Positions 48,385 to 62,300 of a DNA stretch of 64,000 nucleotides are shown in pieces. The notes under the pieces were generated by a model that was not told the origin of the DNA, ran no database searches, and worked only from the letters and a program-made list of their open reading frames with translations. The stretch is from assembly GCA_033119305.1 (NCBI GenBank), contig VSWD01000007.1:57730741-57794740 (forward strand), given 5' to 3'. A program made the translations under genes and the position numbers. This DNA is from Pinctada imbricata. Its lineage: Eukaryota. How positions within the stretch are numbered: the stretch's first letter is position 1; the number at the start of each line of letters is the position of its first letter.

Positions 48385-51300
48385 CTAAAAGATATAAACA
48401 ACATCGATATTATATCATGAATGTATCATCATATACTACAGTTAAATATTATGAATTATAATTTACTTCAGGTTTAATCCTTCTCACGAAGCATGAGATT
48501 TAGATGCTTGCTTTCTGTTTAGTTTTTATCGTCGCAGGTTCACGCTCAGTTGTCCGTCAGTCCATGTGTCAGTCACAAAACATAAATCAAGTTTTGATTT
48601 TTTTTGCAAGTGTTGGGGTCATGTGTGTTTCTTGTGACAAAACTTTCTATTGGTGCCAATATTCTAGACCCTGTAACCCAGTCTCTTCCATCGAACATTA
48701 TTCATCTAGGTAGAAAGAAAAGGAGCAATAACCCTGTTTGGAGATTGTGACCTTGACTTTGAGTTTATCCTACTTTTGAAAAAATAGCCTTGGGTATAAC
48801 TTTTAAATGGTAAAAGACGGAGATTTCATATTTTACAATAGTATTCCTTAAGACGAGACCTTTCTATTGATACTGAAATGTTTGACTTCAGTTTATGACC
48901 TTGACCTACTCTATAAATAAACATCATACTTCTAGACCACAATTCTTTAAAAGTTTGTTGTGTATTACTGCAATTTGCAAGAATGCAATGCTCTTTTGTC
49001 ATAAAAATATGAATAATACTGTTTACCCCAAATTTTATTTTAAAAATTCTTTTATTGATATCTACAAAGATCTACTTACAAGGTACATCTTGCAACTTGA
49101 ACATTCTGCCATTGTGGTGCGATGACGTAGCATTTCTGACCCTGGTGAAAAATGGTGTTCAATGTTACCATTTGGGCTTTACATCTTAAAAGCTCGAGAT
49201 AACTGTAAAATATATAAAAAGTAGTGAAATAAACCGAGGGATTCAACTTTTACGAACAAGGATTTTAATTGCAGGGTTCTTGAAATCCATTGAATACAAT
49301 TGAGTAATTTACAGTTGATATACATGTACTATTGTCTTAATTCGATGAAAATGATGAATCAAGAACTGGAAGGGGGGGGGGGGGGGCAGCCGCGAACGAG
49401 TCCACCACACACTTCAAAAAATGAAAGCATGCACACTATTGTAGTATGAAAAAGGTTGAAATAACATTTTGTAAGGAATTAAGTTTGATTTTTCTTCTTC
49501 TTCTTCTTTATTATTACCATTTATTTATTGGGGTTTTTTTGTGAGTTTTGAATATACATGTATTAAAATTTTCGCTGACGAGCTACTGTACTTAGAAGCT
49601 TTAATTGATTACATTTAGATGGGTTATTGTTTTTCTGTCCCATTACCCGCATCTATTTACATGAGCATGAACACTGAGGATATAAATAAAACTTTATTGT
49701 CTGATTTTTTTATTCCATTTTTTTTTTTCAAAACTTTGCAGCATGAATTACTATTGCTTGCCAGACATTATATCAATAATAATTAGAATCCAGTTGAAAG
49801 TCATGAACGAACGTGGTAGATCAAAGATTACTACCTTACGGAGGGTCGTTGTACAGCCGTTGTTGCAATGTCGGGCCTCAATTTCGTATAAAGGCTTGCT
49901 AGCGCTCCCAAAACATCATTGCTGAAATACAATGTATATGTAAAATACTATTTATTTCAGTATAAATTGATCTTTAAAATCACAAATAACACGACGAAAT
50001 ATGAAAAACTTTCATTCAATACTTCTCAGGTGTCCCCACCCAATGTCATGTAAATAAACGAGTAGAAACAAAATGTGGAACGAGCCAAATATTGAAGCTA
50101 CAGTGCAGAAAGTGGAGGAGTAACGGGGTCAGGAATCGTATCCATTTTAATCTGCCGACAACTGGTGGACGGACGGTGCACTTCAACTATAGCTTACTTG
50201 AGCTTCAGATTTTGAAGAAAAGAGAAGAAAATTGTTAAACCTGCTTAGCATGGTTACTGTGGCATCATTATTTTGGAAGACTTCGTTTTCTTTATCGATT
50301 TCCGATTTTTCGTCTGGACACGGTCTTTGCTGCCCAAGAGTGACAACGACTACGGTCATCAATACAATAAATACCTGGAAGAAGATAGGATATTATACAG
50401 AATCAAACCTAATGATCATGAACTGATAAAACAGAAATATTGATTCAAATGTTAAACGTTCCGGGTACTCAACCCTCGTCAGTGATCAACGCGTTCCAAT
50501 ACATGTATATGTATTGTGGATTGTGGGATAGCTCGATGACTTATGTTATGATGGATTGTTTTTAAAGGGTGTTCATGGTAGAGCGTCGGACTTCTAATGG
50601 AAGTCCCGAATTCGGTTCATGTCGCTGGCGACCTTTCTTGGAAGTGATTTATCATCTCGCACCCATCTGTTCTACTGCCTGGGGTGACAGAAGGGTCTGG
50701 GTAGATCATTCTGCAAGCTGCGGCTGATTGTATATATAAACGTCCCTGGTGGCAAGTAATTTTAAGGCATTTGGATATAATACGGACCATCCAATGCAGC
50801 ACATCTGCACATCTTCCCAACAAAAACTACATACACCGGTGGGTACATGTACATGGCATTGTAAACGAGTGGTTTGATACATTGTCCTGTTTAATATGTC
50901 AAGCTAAATTGATGCATTGCCTTGTTTAATGTACATGAATCCCCATTGGGGAGTGCTCCGATAAGAGGAAGGTCATACTAATGTAAGATAGTGAAATTGA
51001 ATATTATATCAAATACGATTAAATAAGAAAAAATAAAAAATTGCCGCCGTAGAGATTCGACCTCACTACCTTCTGATCGGTGTCCAGCGGCTTTAACCGT
51101 TGCGCTAAGCTGGACATTATTTATGACAGGTATAGCAAAACTTATTACTGTCCGCTGTTTACCCAACCATGGATTAGATTTTAATGAAATAATAAAAGTA
51201 CTAAAATAATTTATAAAATTTAGATCGTTTTGAATTATCATGATTATAGTAGCATGTTAATATTTTTGGGAAATTATATTTATTTAAATATCTTTGATTT

Positions 51301-53369
51301 CATTGATCGATTACAAAAAGCTATTAAAGGAGACAGGAAAAATGATTTTTAATCATTCGTTTTTTTAAAACGCATTCAATATTTTGAATCAAAAACTATT
51401 TTTCTTTTTAAAGAAATCGATTAGATTTAGCTTAATTCACATCGAACTCGGTGATCTTCGCAACTATCCTTGGTTGATTAATCACTCTTTTAAAGATTAC
51501 TTATAAACTTTTTTATTAGTTACATAGTAAGTCGATACAGATGAAGCAGGGTTTTGCCTTTGTTATAAAAAATTATCTAATTTAAAATATGAAGGTAAAA
51601 GCGTGTTATTTTCTAAAATGTCCGATTGACTGTTCGTATATACATGCATGAGTAATTACATACTACACACCTCGCTTACCCAATAGCCCAAGCAAGTCTA
51701 CCTTGAATTAATCGCAATTTTAATACGCAACTCATTAATAAAACTACTTAACGAATATTTTTTAAAAAGCGAAACGGGTTGCCCTACGGAAATTTCTAAA
51801 GCTTTAGAGAGCCAAAAGAAAGAGATGGTTGAGCTAGCAGCAAAGATTGACGCAACTCAGAGCTGGAGATAGCTAAGTCCTAATTAGGTAATAGCTGTCC
51901 TAATTAGGTGATAGTATCTCCAAAAAATTCAGAATGTGGCATTAGGACGCATCCGTACACTTATCTCCGATATAAGACCATAAATAAATGCAGCGGCCTA
52001 GCTTGGCCAAAATTAAGTGGATGCTTTTTATTATGCTGAGTATCTTTAGAGGTCCTAAGCAGGTCCAGGTGAATGCTCTTACGGGGTACCGCAGTATCTC
52101 GACCATGGAATATCCATTCAAGGACGTAACGTGTGAAATTTGAAGAGACCCCATATTCGATAACATAAAGCAATGCTTTGAAAAGGACAATATTTACGGT
52201 GTCCTCCCGGATGCCCACAAGTCTAATGAAGATTTTCCAATATTAAGAAAAGCACAGAGCGAAGTTCCAAAATATAGTCCGAATGTCCGAAATCTTAAAA
52301 GAGAAATCGTGCCATGTTTGTTTAGAAGTTCAATTTATTTGATACATAACTCCATACAATATTAGTCGAGTATTTTTGCCTTTTTTTTTTTTTTTTTTTG
52401 TTTAAAGATTATTTACCGATTCTAAATTAAACCAATGACCATTATTTATTCTAATCATGCAGTGTTGTATTTATGCAACTTTTTTTTTCCAGGAATTTAT
52501 TTTATACAAATCGAAGACAAAGCTTAATGTCTCCTTCAATGTAGAAATATGATAGAAAATCTGAAAAAAACAAATGCTACTTACCAAGGCTTTCATTCTG
52601 CTTGTAGTCTGGCCGTTGTCTTCTTGTGGTTGTCTTCTGGTTGTATTTTGTCGGGCTTATGAAGATCATTCATTTATATAGAAGTCAGAATTTAATTACT
52701 TCAATAAAATCTAAACAACGCCCTGACAAATTGAGAGATAGTCGTCTAAGGTAGACACATATAAACCAATCAATGAGAAGGAACCACCCGTATAAGGATA
52801 CATCCCGGAAAAACATCAGGAAAAAAAAATTTCAACAAGATTTGATCTCGGAAGTTACGGAATATTTCATTGGCGTGTAAATAAAGATAACATTTTAGCA
52901 CATTTGCTTTCGTCTCACGGCATATAAAAAATAAATACTACCTATATGTAACTTGTAAAGATATTGGCAAAAAAGGGAATAAGTTTCGTTACAAATAATG
53001 CTTTCTTTGCCAGTTTTCGAAATAAATGGGCTAAAATGAGATGTGCGAAATCACTGCTTTTAAGTTTTCACCAAAAAGAAACAAAATGAAAGTATGTTAT
53101 TAAATTATTTAAAAAGAAAGCTTCTTTCACTGAGTTTTCGATCAGAGATATAATATGATTTTTATGAGTTTGAATATTCATTTGGTATGAATTTTACTTT
53201 TGAATGAATTCTTTTATGTAATATGTATTTCACAGAATATGATATTATATACTTTCAGTTTATGTCTATAGTATGCCGTGAGTCATGAATAATCTTTTGA
53301 TAATCTAAAGCTCAGGCAATTTGTCTGAATCTAAAGTCCAGTCCCATCGGCAGTGTGTTTTTCACCAAG

Positions 53370-53690
53370 GGGCATAAGTGCTTCAAAATTAGGTCCATCA
53401 TGATCAACTCAAACTTATTCTGTAACCATTCAGGATAAAGATATGTGTATCGAATTTCATCCAAATATCTGTATTAAACGAGAAAGAAGAACATTGGAAT
53501 GCTGAATTTTCTCGTCAACCAGGAAAATAACTCCTCCAAAAATAAGGTAACGTTGACCAAACTCAAACAAGTCACGTAACTATCCAAGATCTAGGCTAGC
53601 TACACAAAGACATCTCGCTTTGTCAATCTATTGCAGCGAACTGAAGGTTGCAAATATCTTCTCCCAAAAAAAAGACTGAACTGAACTGAA
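53370..53690 (+). repeat. Two units of the ~180-bp satellite family also seen at 46440-47615
   Basis: ggggcataagtgcttcaaaattaggtcca...ctgtaaccattcagg and gtaactatccaagatctaggctagc match the unit consensus. Confidence 0.45.
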
Positions 53691-53727
53691 TTTATTACTC
53701 GTCATCTTTGCAAAGCAATGGTAAGTC

Positions 53728-54062
53728 CTCTAATTCAACAGTATCATCGAAGAACAGATAAATTTGCAGCATGGACCAGACATGTACGTTTCGGGTACTC
53801 AACCCTCCTCAGTGAACCTCAGTCTAAACAAGGTCATATGACCAAAAAGTGTGAAGTTATTGTGTCCAAAAATGTACCGAAAGACGTAGCATGATGGTCG
53901 GGATATGATACTACAAGAACCACGTTTTAGACATTTCAAGAAATTTTGATAACAGAAATTTTCGAATGCGTTGAAGAAACGATCAACGGAGGCTACATCT
54001 GCCCTTGGGAACTCCTGGTCCAACAGCAGTGACACTTACTAAGCGGTACAAATGTTAAACGT
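53728..54062 (+). repeat. Unclassified ~335-bp repeat E, short copy. Start ...ttcgggtactcaaccctcctcagtga, end ...aaatgttaaacgt.
   Basis: Both halves occur inverted at 56679-58335. The end-to-start junction occurs at 50445-50500. Confidence 0.55.
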
Positions 54063-55222
54063 CCTATATGCAACACATTACAATGAAAATGAAGTGTGGC
54101 ATGCGTGAACACATTGCCATTTCTTATTATTCACAAATATTGATATGATAATACAAATGTATGTAGTACACAAGCATACAATGAGCAGTTGTATAAGGGT
54201 CAATTATGAAATATTTCATATTCAGAATTTGGCTTTTTAAATTTTAATCAGGGGAGGATAAGAGATTAATTTTTTAAATAAACGTACAAAGTTATCTCTG
54301 AGAAAAGACAGTTTCTTGGAAGACATTACTTCTTCGAAACTTATCATATTTCTATTTCTAATTTTTATGTTTTAAACAATTATTTCTATCTTCCGTTAAC
54401 GTACTGCAATTTTCGTTTCAAATTCCATCTCAACACTTATCATAATAGAAAAAAGTCTTGAAAAGTAAACAATGGCATGGCAAGACAGACGGGTGAGAGA
54501 CGAACAGAAAAACAGAATTTGTCCTGCTTTGCCAAAATTGGACTAATAAACATCAATTATTTGTTCCCGACATACTCGTGTTAAATGTGTTACTTTCATT
54601 GGATTTTAGTTCACCCGAACCAAAGTTTTATGACGTGTCGTCCGTCGTAAACTTGTCGCATTTTCGAATCTTTCTCCAGGAACCAAGATTTGTTCGAGTT
54701 TGAGGTAAATTGATACTAGTATTTAATCCTCTTAAAGTGTTTATCAGATCAGACAGTAGTAGGTAGTTCCTCCTGGATAAATTTCGTCAGAAGCATACTG
54801 TATATGTCGGTAACCAAAGGCATGAACCAGATAGTGTTGTAAACTCCGAAGTCAAATTTTTAAATTAATTTGTATGTCTGCTCAGAATATCACAGAAATG
54901 TTGATTTGTGTAATGTCTTGTTAATTGATTGCTGTTTATTTGTTACATTTGAATTATTTGTTGACTTTAGATAGATTTTGTAAATATATCTACGTTTTAA
55001 ATCTTCGATTTTTAGCCCATCTGTCAATAATCATAAAGTCATCGATGTCTTCGTTCGTTAACATTTTCGAATTATCCTCCGCAACCTGCTGTCCGAGATT
55101 TTCCGAAATATTTCTTTTTTATGTGTTTTGTTTCAAGTCGGAATGCTATCCAAACTATTTCTGACTGACATTTATCATATGAAGGCGATGCTTCACGCGG
55201 GATTCCAATAAATTCAAGAAAT

Positions 55223-55302
55223 CCCCAGCGGACTTTATTATGTCACTGTTACAATGCTTATTCATTTTGTAACACTGAGTAACATAATTAAGTCCGCTGG
55301 GG
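55223..55302. repeat. Long hairpin (~30-bp stem with a 4-nt bulge, 12-nt loop)
   Basis: ccccagcggactttattatgtcactgttacaa / ttgtaacactgagtaacataattaagtccgctgggg. Confidence 0.6.
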
Positions 55303-56678
55303 AAGGCCATTGGCCGAAACGTACGGAAAAAATATTGTCTTAGTGTATTTATATAAGAAACGACTGCATTAGTGTTAAAGTATTATATACAAATCCTCAG
55401 AGGACCTAATGTATGCCAAACTTCTTCCAGCGAACTGTTACCTATAAAAACCAATCATTTGGAGACATATAAAACAGATTCAAATAAACTTTTACTTGCA
55501 TTTGTATTTATCTATTTGTCCTAGTTATGTTATAAAATGGGTAACGGGGAAGTAGTAAAATAATTCAAAAGATAAAATTTGACTTTTTATGCGCATTTCG
55601 ATACGACTTAGTGATCTTGAATGAAGAGAGAGAAATATGAATAAAGTTTACGGAAATCGTTTTTTTTTTAACGGTTCCCGAAAGTAAATAGTCAGCCCTC
55701 TTGTATTCTTATAGCCTAGCAGGACGTAGATTCAATAATCTTTTGAAAAGCTCGCTTCGCTCGCATAATAAAAAAAATTCCAGGCTCTCGGCGCTCGTCA
55801 GACCCTGAGAAAATTTCCAGGCTGGTTCGTTATCAAAAAACCATCATGTTTCATATAATGTGTTATTAAGACATGGTTCATAATTTAATCTACTGATCGA
55901 GATACAACACAGTCTGTTAGAAACAACATCTTATGGAAGTAGTATTTTAGTATTTATTTTTGAAGTTGTTTTCAGACACAGGCACCAGATTTCCTTTAAA
56001 GAAAAAAAATTAATATTATGGATAAAGAGAGGAGAAAAGGGTGTTTTACGATGGGTTATAATTTTCTTTCTAGGAATCTGATGCCGAAGACAATAGTTCG
56101 ACAACATTTATTTGCTTATTGGTCGAGTTGCAAAACTCTACTCTTAATTTCCTGTAACATGGGTAAGCAAACGGTGTCAATAATTGGTTTCCGGACAATT
56201 CCAGTATAATGGGCCTTTATATACACTTACTTTCTATGAGAAAAGTATGCTCCCAATCGATTTTGATACCAAAAAGTCAAAGGTCAAAATTTTATGATTG
56301 AAAATGGTTTCCGAATTATCATGCAGTTTGTATGCCACCTTCTACAATGATTCCAATACTTGTAGATACTTGTAGATTAATTTTGAAGTAAAAAGATCAA
56401 AGGTCATGGTCATAGATGGATTAAAATGCATTTAGCTGATAAGTAGAAAATTTGCAGGCTCATTGAATATCTGAGAACAATTTTTGTGACAAATTTTCTG
56501 CATTGAAAGGGGGACAAAAATTTGGAGATTTTGAATTACAACCCACGCAAAACGATTGGTTCGATTTCTTTCAAACTTTAGCAAAAGATGCACGACATCA
56601 TAGTTCATTAATATCGCAATTATGAAGAAAATCGAATGTAGGGAAGTAATTGGGGCATGGTGAGACTACCACCGCAAA

Positions 56679-58335
56679 TGATGCTATTGAATTCGAAACG
56701 TTTAATATTTTTACCACTTGGCGAGTGTCACTGCTGGTGGACCAGGAATCCCCGAGGGCACATGAAGCGATGTTCGATTAACTTCAGTTGATCGTTTCTT
56801 CAACGCATTCGAAAATTTCTGTTGTTAAAATTTCTTGACATTGAATGATTTGTAGATATTGTTTTCAGTTTCGTGCTCGTGAACATCGACGGCGGATGCG
56901 GCTAGCCAAACAGGAAATGCTTACTCCTCCCGGACATCTGTTCCCTCTTCCAACGATGTTTGGCCATATTTTCTGAATAAAACCTACACATAATTTGGAA
57001 CCGATCATTTCGGCAAGAGGAAATTAAAGCTCTGTATTGTAGATTGCGCCAGGCAAATTCACTTTTGCAATATTTAAACTGTCTGACATGAAGTACTACT
57101 GACGAGGATTAAAATATCCAAAACACGTGTCTAGTTCAGCAAAATTGGTACTATAGAGCATGTATTTCAATATTGACAATTTCAACCACTAGGTTTGTAT
57201 CGCTGGTGGTGGACTGTAAGTCCCCGAGGATATCGCTCACCTAGTTTTATGGTTTACGCACTGCATTGGAATATATTTCAAATTTCCTGTCATCAAATTA
57301 GACCTAAATTTCTAAAACTAAGGGGTATTTCCCTCATTGCATAGCTCTGTCCTTAGCTGGGTTTCGGCATATTTCTTCGGTCATGTTTAGAATTAAGTTC
57401 CTTGCGCCTACCCTCCATTGAATTTTGGAAATATTTTTCACATAAATTCGCTTCTAAATAAACCCTACAAAAATCTGGAGCCGCTCATTTTGGCAAGAGG
57501 AAATTAAAGCTCTGTATTGTAGATGGCGCCAGGAAAATTCACTTTGGCTATATTTAAACTGTTTTACATGAAGCACTACTGACGAGGATTAAAATATCCG
57601 AAACACGTGTCCAGTACAACAAAATTGGTACTAAAGAGCATACATTTCAATATTGACAATTGCTAGGGGTCCGTCGATGCTCAATTTGGTGCTCTGTTAC
57701 GAGTGCTGTTAGGATTGTCGTCAGGATCTTCTTTATCTCATTTGTGTCACACTTATGCCCTTTGCAGTGTGGAGCTCGTAATAAAGTTCCCCGCGAGGGG
57801 TTGACAGTAAGTGTTTTGAATAAACATTAAAGAAGTACCTTACCGTTATTCAGTCTTAAAGTCGAGAAGGCAAGGAATGTATTTCCCTTACATGGTCTCC
57901 ATAACACTTTCTATATAGACATAACCTCAGACAGTGCATGTTTTGTAGTTTCGTGCGTGAACATCGACGGGGGGGGGGGGGGGGGTGGGGGGGTTGCGGC
58001 TTACCAATCAGGGGATGCTTGCTTCTCCCGGGCATCCCACTTCTAGCTTGCTAGGGGTTCGTCGATGCTCAATTGAGTGCTATTGAGATTGTCTTTATCT
58101 TATCGAAATATCTAAAATTTGGTCCTGTAGCATCATATCCCACCCATCCTGCTACGTCTTTCGGTACATTTTTGGACATAATATTTTTCACACTCTTTGC
58201 CTATATATCTCATTGATTAGATTAGGGTTAAGTACCCGAAACGCGCATGTCTTGTCCATGCAGCAAATTTACCTGTTCTTAAATGATGCTATTGAATTTG
58301 AAGACGTTTGACATCAATACAAATCATTGCAGCCT
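56679..58335 (-). repeat. Long, inverted copy of repeat E with ~1.3 kb of extra internal sequence (including a 205-bp internal direct repeat). It is bounded by direct repeats aaatgatgctattgaatt-gaa-acgttt at 56679-56712 and 58299-58332.
   Basis: The rc of 58100-58270 matches the first half of E and the rc of 56690-56830 matches the second half. Internal 205-bp repeats at 56976-57180 and 57455-57660. Confidence 0.5.
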
Positions 58336-58914
58336 TTTCTGCCAGTAGAAAGTTGCTATACTTCTGGATAAATTACATGACCAAAATTATATCCTATGAT
58401 ATTGTCTATAATGAGTACACATTCTTTGTTCAATAATGATGAAATCATTTCATTCCGTCCTAAAGAAAGTTCATTTTATGGCAAATTCTGCTGTCATCTT
58501 GCATCAAAATTTTCGAAATGACTTTTTTTGTGATAAAGTATTATCAAAATAGTTAACTGCAATTAAGATATTATGGTCTATTATCATAAACGTGTAAAAG
58601 ATTGAACACTAGTTGCCTTCTCTTAAATTTGCTCGGAATAACCTGATGTTGAGCTAGTAAAAAAAGTCGAAATTTACGAACGTATGTTTTTACTTCGTTT
58701 CGTGAAACGGGCATACGCCAAACTAAATTTTGACGTAACTAGACCTACGGATTTCTTTTTTTTGGTCTTTTTTTTGGGGGGGGGGGGGCGTAATTTAAGT
58801 CAAAATTTACGCCCAATGATGAAATGGTCTCATGGACTGTACACCAGGAAAAAAGGTTTTGTTGATGGTGTAACAAAAGCCTTATTTGTCATATATTGGC
58901 TTTCTGCTGTTTCA

Positions 58915-61900
58915 AAAAAAAAGGAGGGGATCTCCAACAACACCAGGTTACAGCACCCACAGCAAACCCCAAAACACCCAATGCAAAAACACAGAGCAGA
59001 CAAACACAGAAAGAGACGAAAAAAGGAACAAGGAACGTCAACGCACAACACAGAAACATCAAACACAAAGGACTACACATAAACCAACGAGACCAATGGG
59101 CAACGGTGCCGACTTAGGACGGCCATCTGCCACGAAAATAGCAGAAGGTGTGGTTATCCTGAATTACGTGGGCACAACCCTCCCACTTTTTCGATTACCC
59201 AGAGGTCTCGAAGAACGTATAATTGTGGTGTAAAACAACCTCCCCACTGTCAGATGACCACACACAAACAAGACCGCAAAACGCAGGGGCCAAAGCAATA
59301 CAGATGAATATGTAAATGGATATAAAAAGAGGAAGTACGTAATACAATCCGTCCTCTGCCAACACGAGCTCATGTATGTTATCACCTAAGGAGTCCGACG
59401 GACATTCAGAGAGGACATGTGGTCGGGGCCCTGTCTTCTCTTTAGAGGTTTGGACAGGGCCCGTCATGGAGTCCTGTCGTCACAGTCAGTCAGAGTGCAA
59501 GTTTTAAGAATGCGCTGGTACAACACTGTAGATTGGTAAAGTACCAAGCCTAGTGTCCGTCTGGTGATATTAGGATCATACCCACGGTATAAAAGGCGTT
59601 TGATTATTCTGACATATTTTCGATAGTTATGTTGTCTATCTTCGATCCTTCTTATCTTGTTAATTATTTCACCATAAAATGCAGGTTGTGAAATACCCAA
59701 AGTAATATACCTTATTGCCTGTCTTGGTCCGAATTTCAAAAGAAGTTCACAATATTTTTTGTAAAATTTCCAGAAAGTCTTTACTGGTTTGTGAAAGCGA
59801 AAACCTTCTCCTAAAAGTTTCTTGGTAATTTGTAAATCTCTACCATGAAAATCCAAAACTCAGTACATGCTCTAGCATACCGGATGAGCTGTGAAATGTA
59901 GATACCATAGGACGGTTAATCTAGGAACATCACCGTCAAGCCAGGAAATTTACTATGTTAAATCAAAAATCATCTCTCTTGTTATACACACTACTATTAA
60001 TCTCTCCATTAACAATTTTGATATCTAGGTCCAAAAATTGTATTTCTGAGTTTGTAGCGTTTGCCTTGTTTAGAATCAATTCTTGAAGATAAATAAATTT
60101 TTTATACTATTCTAAAACGGGATTGTCGATAGTAAGAATATCATCCAGGGACCTAGAAGTACGAATGAAACATTTCAGATCATCATTTTTTCTTTGCTTT
60201 TGAAGATTTTGGATAAATTCCTTTTCATACGTGTATAAAAATAAATCTCAAATCTTTAAAAGACCTTCTCCTTATCTCCTTCTCACTTAAGGTGGGTCTC
60301 TACTCGGTCGTTAAAAAGATTTTTATTTCCCGTTCTTATGGTCGAATCAAAATACATTTTACACTAAATATTGACTACTGATCAATATACATTGTTTTAC
60401 CTGACAATTTTGTATATTTGAGGTTATTGAAAATTTGACCTATTTTTCATGACTGTTTATGTAGTAACTGAATACCAGTTTGGACGTTTAAGGGATACCC
60501 TTAGGTATTATCCTTTACATCTTCCATTAGGAATATTCAACTCTAATATGTAGTCTTTTTCTATGGGTCACACATTGATTTTTTGAAAGAATATCAAAAG
60601 AATCAGTTTTAAACTGTTTAGCTCACCCGTGTCTTTGGAGTCATTTCTTGATCCTATACAAAATTCGATACCTGTATGTGTTTTGTTTCCTCATCTATAT
60701 ATATTATCATATAAAGTATTGCAAAAAGAAGAAATTTGGCAAAAAGTTTGATTTAGTCTATTTCGTTAGTCGAAAATACAATGAAATTAGAAGGGGTTGG
60801 CAAAAAGTTTGATTTAGTCTATTTCGTTAGTCGAAAATACAATGAGATTAGAAGGGGGTACCCTTGTGTTTTCAAACGTATCATTCAAATTTACATCTTA
60901 TCACCCTGTATATCGTTTTATGTGCTATATCTTTTATATAACTTAGTTTTATAATTTAAAAGAAAACAATTAATTTTCGGCCTAGTGTAATTGAACCTAC
61001 ATGGTTTGAATGTATACTGTATACTGGATATTTGATATTCATTAACTGAAAAGTACTGTATCTTTGATGAAAAGAAAATTGGCTATCTATGTCTATGTTT
61101 CTTATGTCATTTGGATCATTATGCATAGGAAAAATTCATAGGGAAAATAAAAAAATCATCTGTTAAATCTACCGGCAGGGACCCATTTTTTAAGATATCT
61201 TGTCATTTAGTTTCTCAAGTCCACTCTTTTCAAGATAATTTGAAACAAAGCTTATACGGTTCCCTTAAGGGTTATAGTTGAACCGTACATTTGTTTCGCG
61301 TCAGTCGTGTAACGTTTATTTCTATCAATATTGTATGATACTTAGCATGATGTAATTTTTCCTTGCAAATCTTATATAATTGTTTATATTATAGAAAGTA
61401 TTACAAAATCCAGGGACAACTCTTTATCGAAGTTATTGTAAATAAATGACGGATACATCATTGGTGAAACGGTCAGTGGTGTTGTTACACCATTTTTGAA
61501 TACAGTCTGATAGCATCATCATTGTGTGTCATCAAGTCCAGTGTGAAGAAGTGTGTTCGTTATCCTTTCATGTGGTTAAATTCAAATGTCGAATTATAGG
61601 GAGAACGGAGGAAAACTAGAGAATAAGGTTTAATGAATGAGTCAAAGAAGATCCTGACGATTATCTCAACAACACTCACATTAGAGTACAAAATTGAGAA
61701 TTGGCGGACCCCTAGCGAGCTAGAGGTGGGAACAGGTGCCCGGGAGGATAATACTCAGTTGTTTAAATAGTATTAGTTTTTTACCTACTTAGCCGACGAA
61801 GCGACGAAAATTGCGTCTTGTGAGTGGATTAACAGGTTTTAAAAGAAGAGAGGAGATCTCCAACAAGAACCCGTTGCAGCATCAACAGTAAAACACCAAA

Positions 61901-62300
61901 ACACCCGATGCAAAAACACAAAAGACGAGTACAGCACGAGACGGAAAAGAGACACACGACATGTAAACATCAAACACAAAAGACTACACATAAACCGACG
62001 AGACCAATGGGAAACCGGTGCCGACTTTGGACGGCCATTTGTCACGCAAGTAGCAAATGGTGTGGTTATCCTGATTACGTGCGCACAACCCTCTCACTTC
62101 TCCAATTACCCAGAGGTCTCGAAGAACGTACAATTGTGGTGTAAAACAATCTCCTCACTGTAAGATGACATCACACAAACAAGACCGCGAAACGTAGAGG
62201 CCCCAGAGACACAGATGAATATGTATATGGATATAAAAAGAGGGCATGCGTAATACAGTCCGTGCTCTGCCGGCTGTAGCGAGCTCATGTATGTAATCAT
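58915..62300 (-). mobile_element. Degenerate Penelope-like retroelement (minus strand) with ~470-bp pseudo-LTR direct repeats (58915-59390 and 61845-62300, ~80% identity). A third partial copy is inverted at 63110-63300.
   Basis: The direct repeats share ggagatctccaacaa...acacataaaccgacgagaccaatggg...cccagaggtctcgaagaacgta-aattgtggtgtaaaacaa...gagctcatgtatgt. The internal minus-strand ORF remnant resembles an RT C-terminal region. Confidence 0.35.
59464..60300 (-). pseudogene. Frameshifted remnant of a retroelement ORF (RT C-terminal region, no GIY-YIG endonuclease recognisable)
   Basis: Minus frames: YLQELILNKANATNSEIQFLDLDIKIVNGEINSSVYNKRDDF* / FPWLDGDVPRL / PSYGIYISQLIRYARACTEF / DFHGRDLQITKKLLGEGFRFHKPVKTFWKFYKKYCELLLKFGPRQ...YRGYDPNITRRTLGLVL. 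Matches a family I recall from marine invertebrates (…DKRDDFNF-IVNFP-L-G-VP…YGVYISQLIRYAR-C…). Confidence 0.4.

Noticed and set aside
51040-51118. tRNA-like segment (GGTCGAATC T-loop-like motif, gtccagc...gctggac stem)
   Set aside because: No cloverleaf can be drawn: the acceptor stem does not pair and there is no D-arm or anticodon arm with canonical spacing. More likely a hairpin or SINE remnant. Would need tRNAscan-SE.
58684-59233. Overlapping ORFs in the pseudo-LTR (QKHQTQRTTHKPTRPMG...)
   Set aside because: CA-rich low-complexity sequence open in several frames on both strands.
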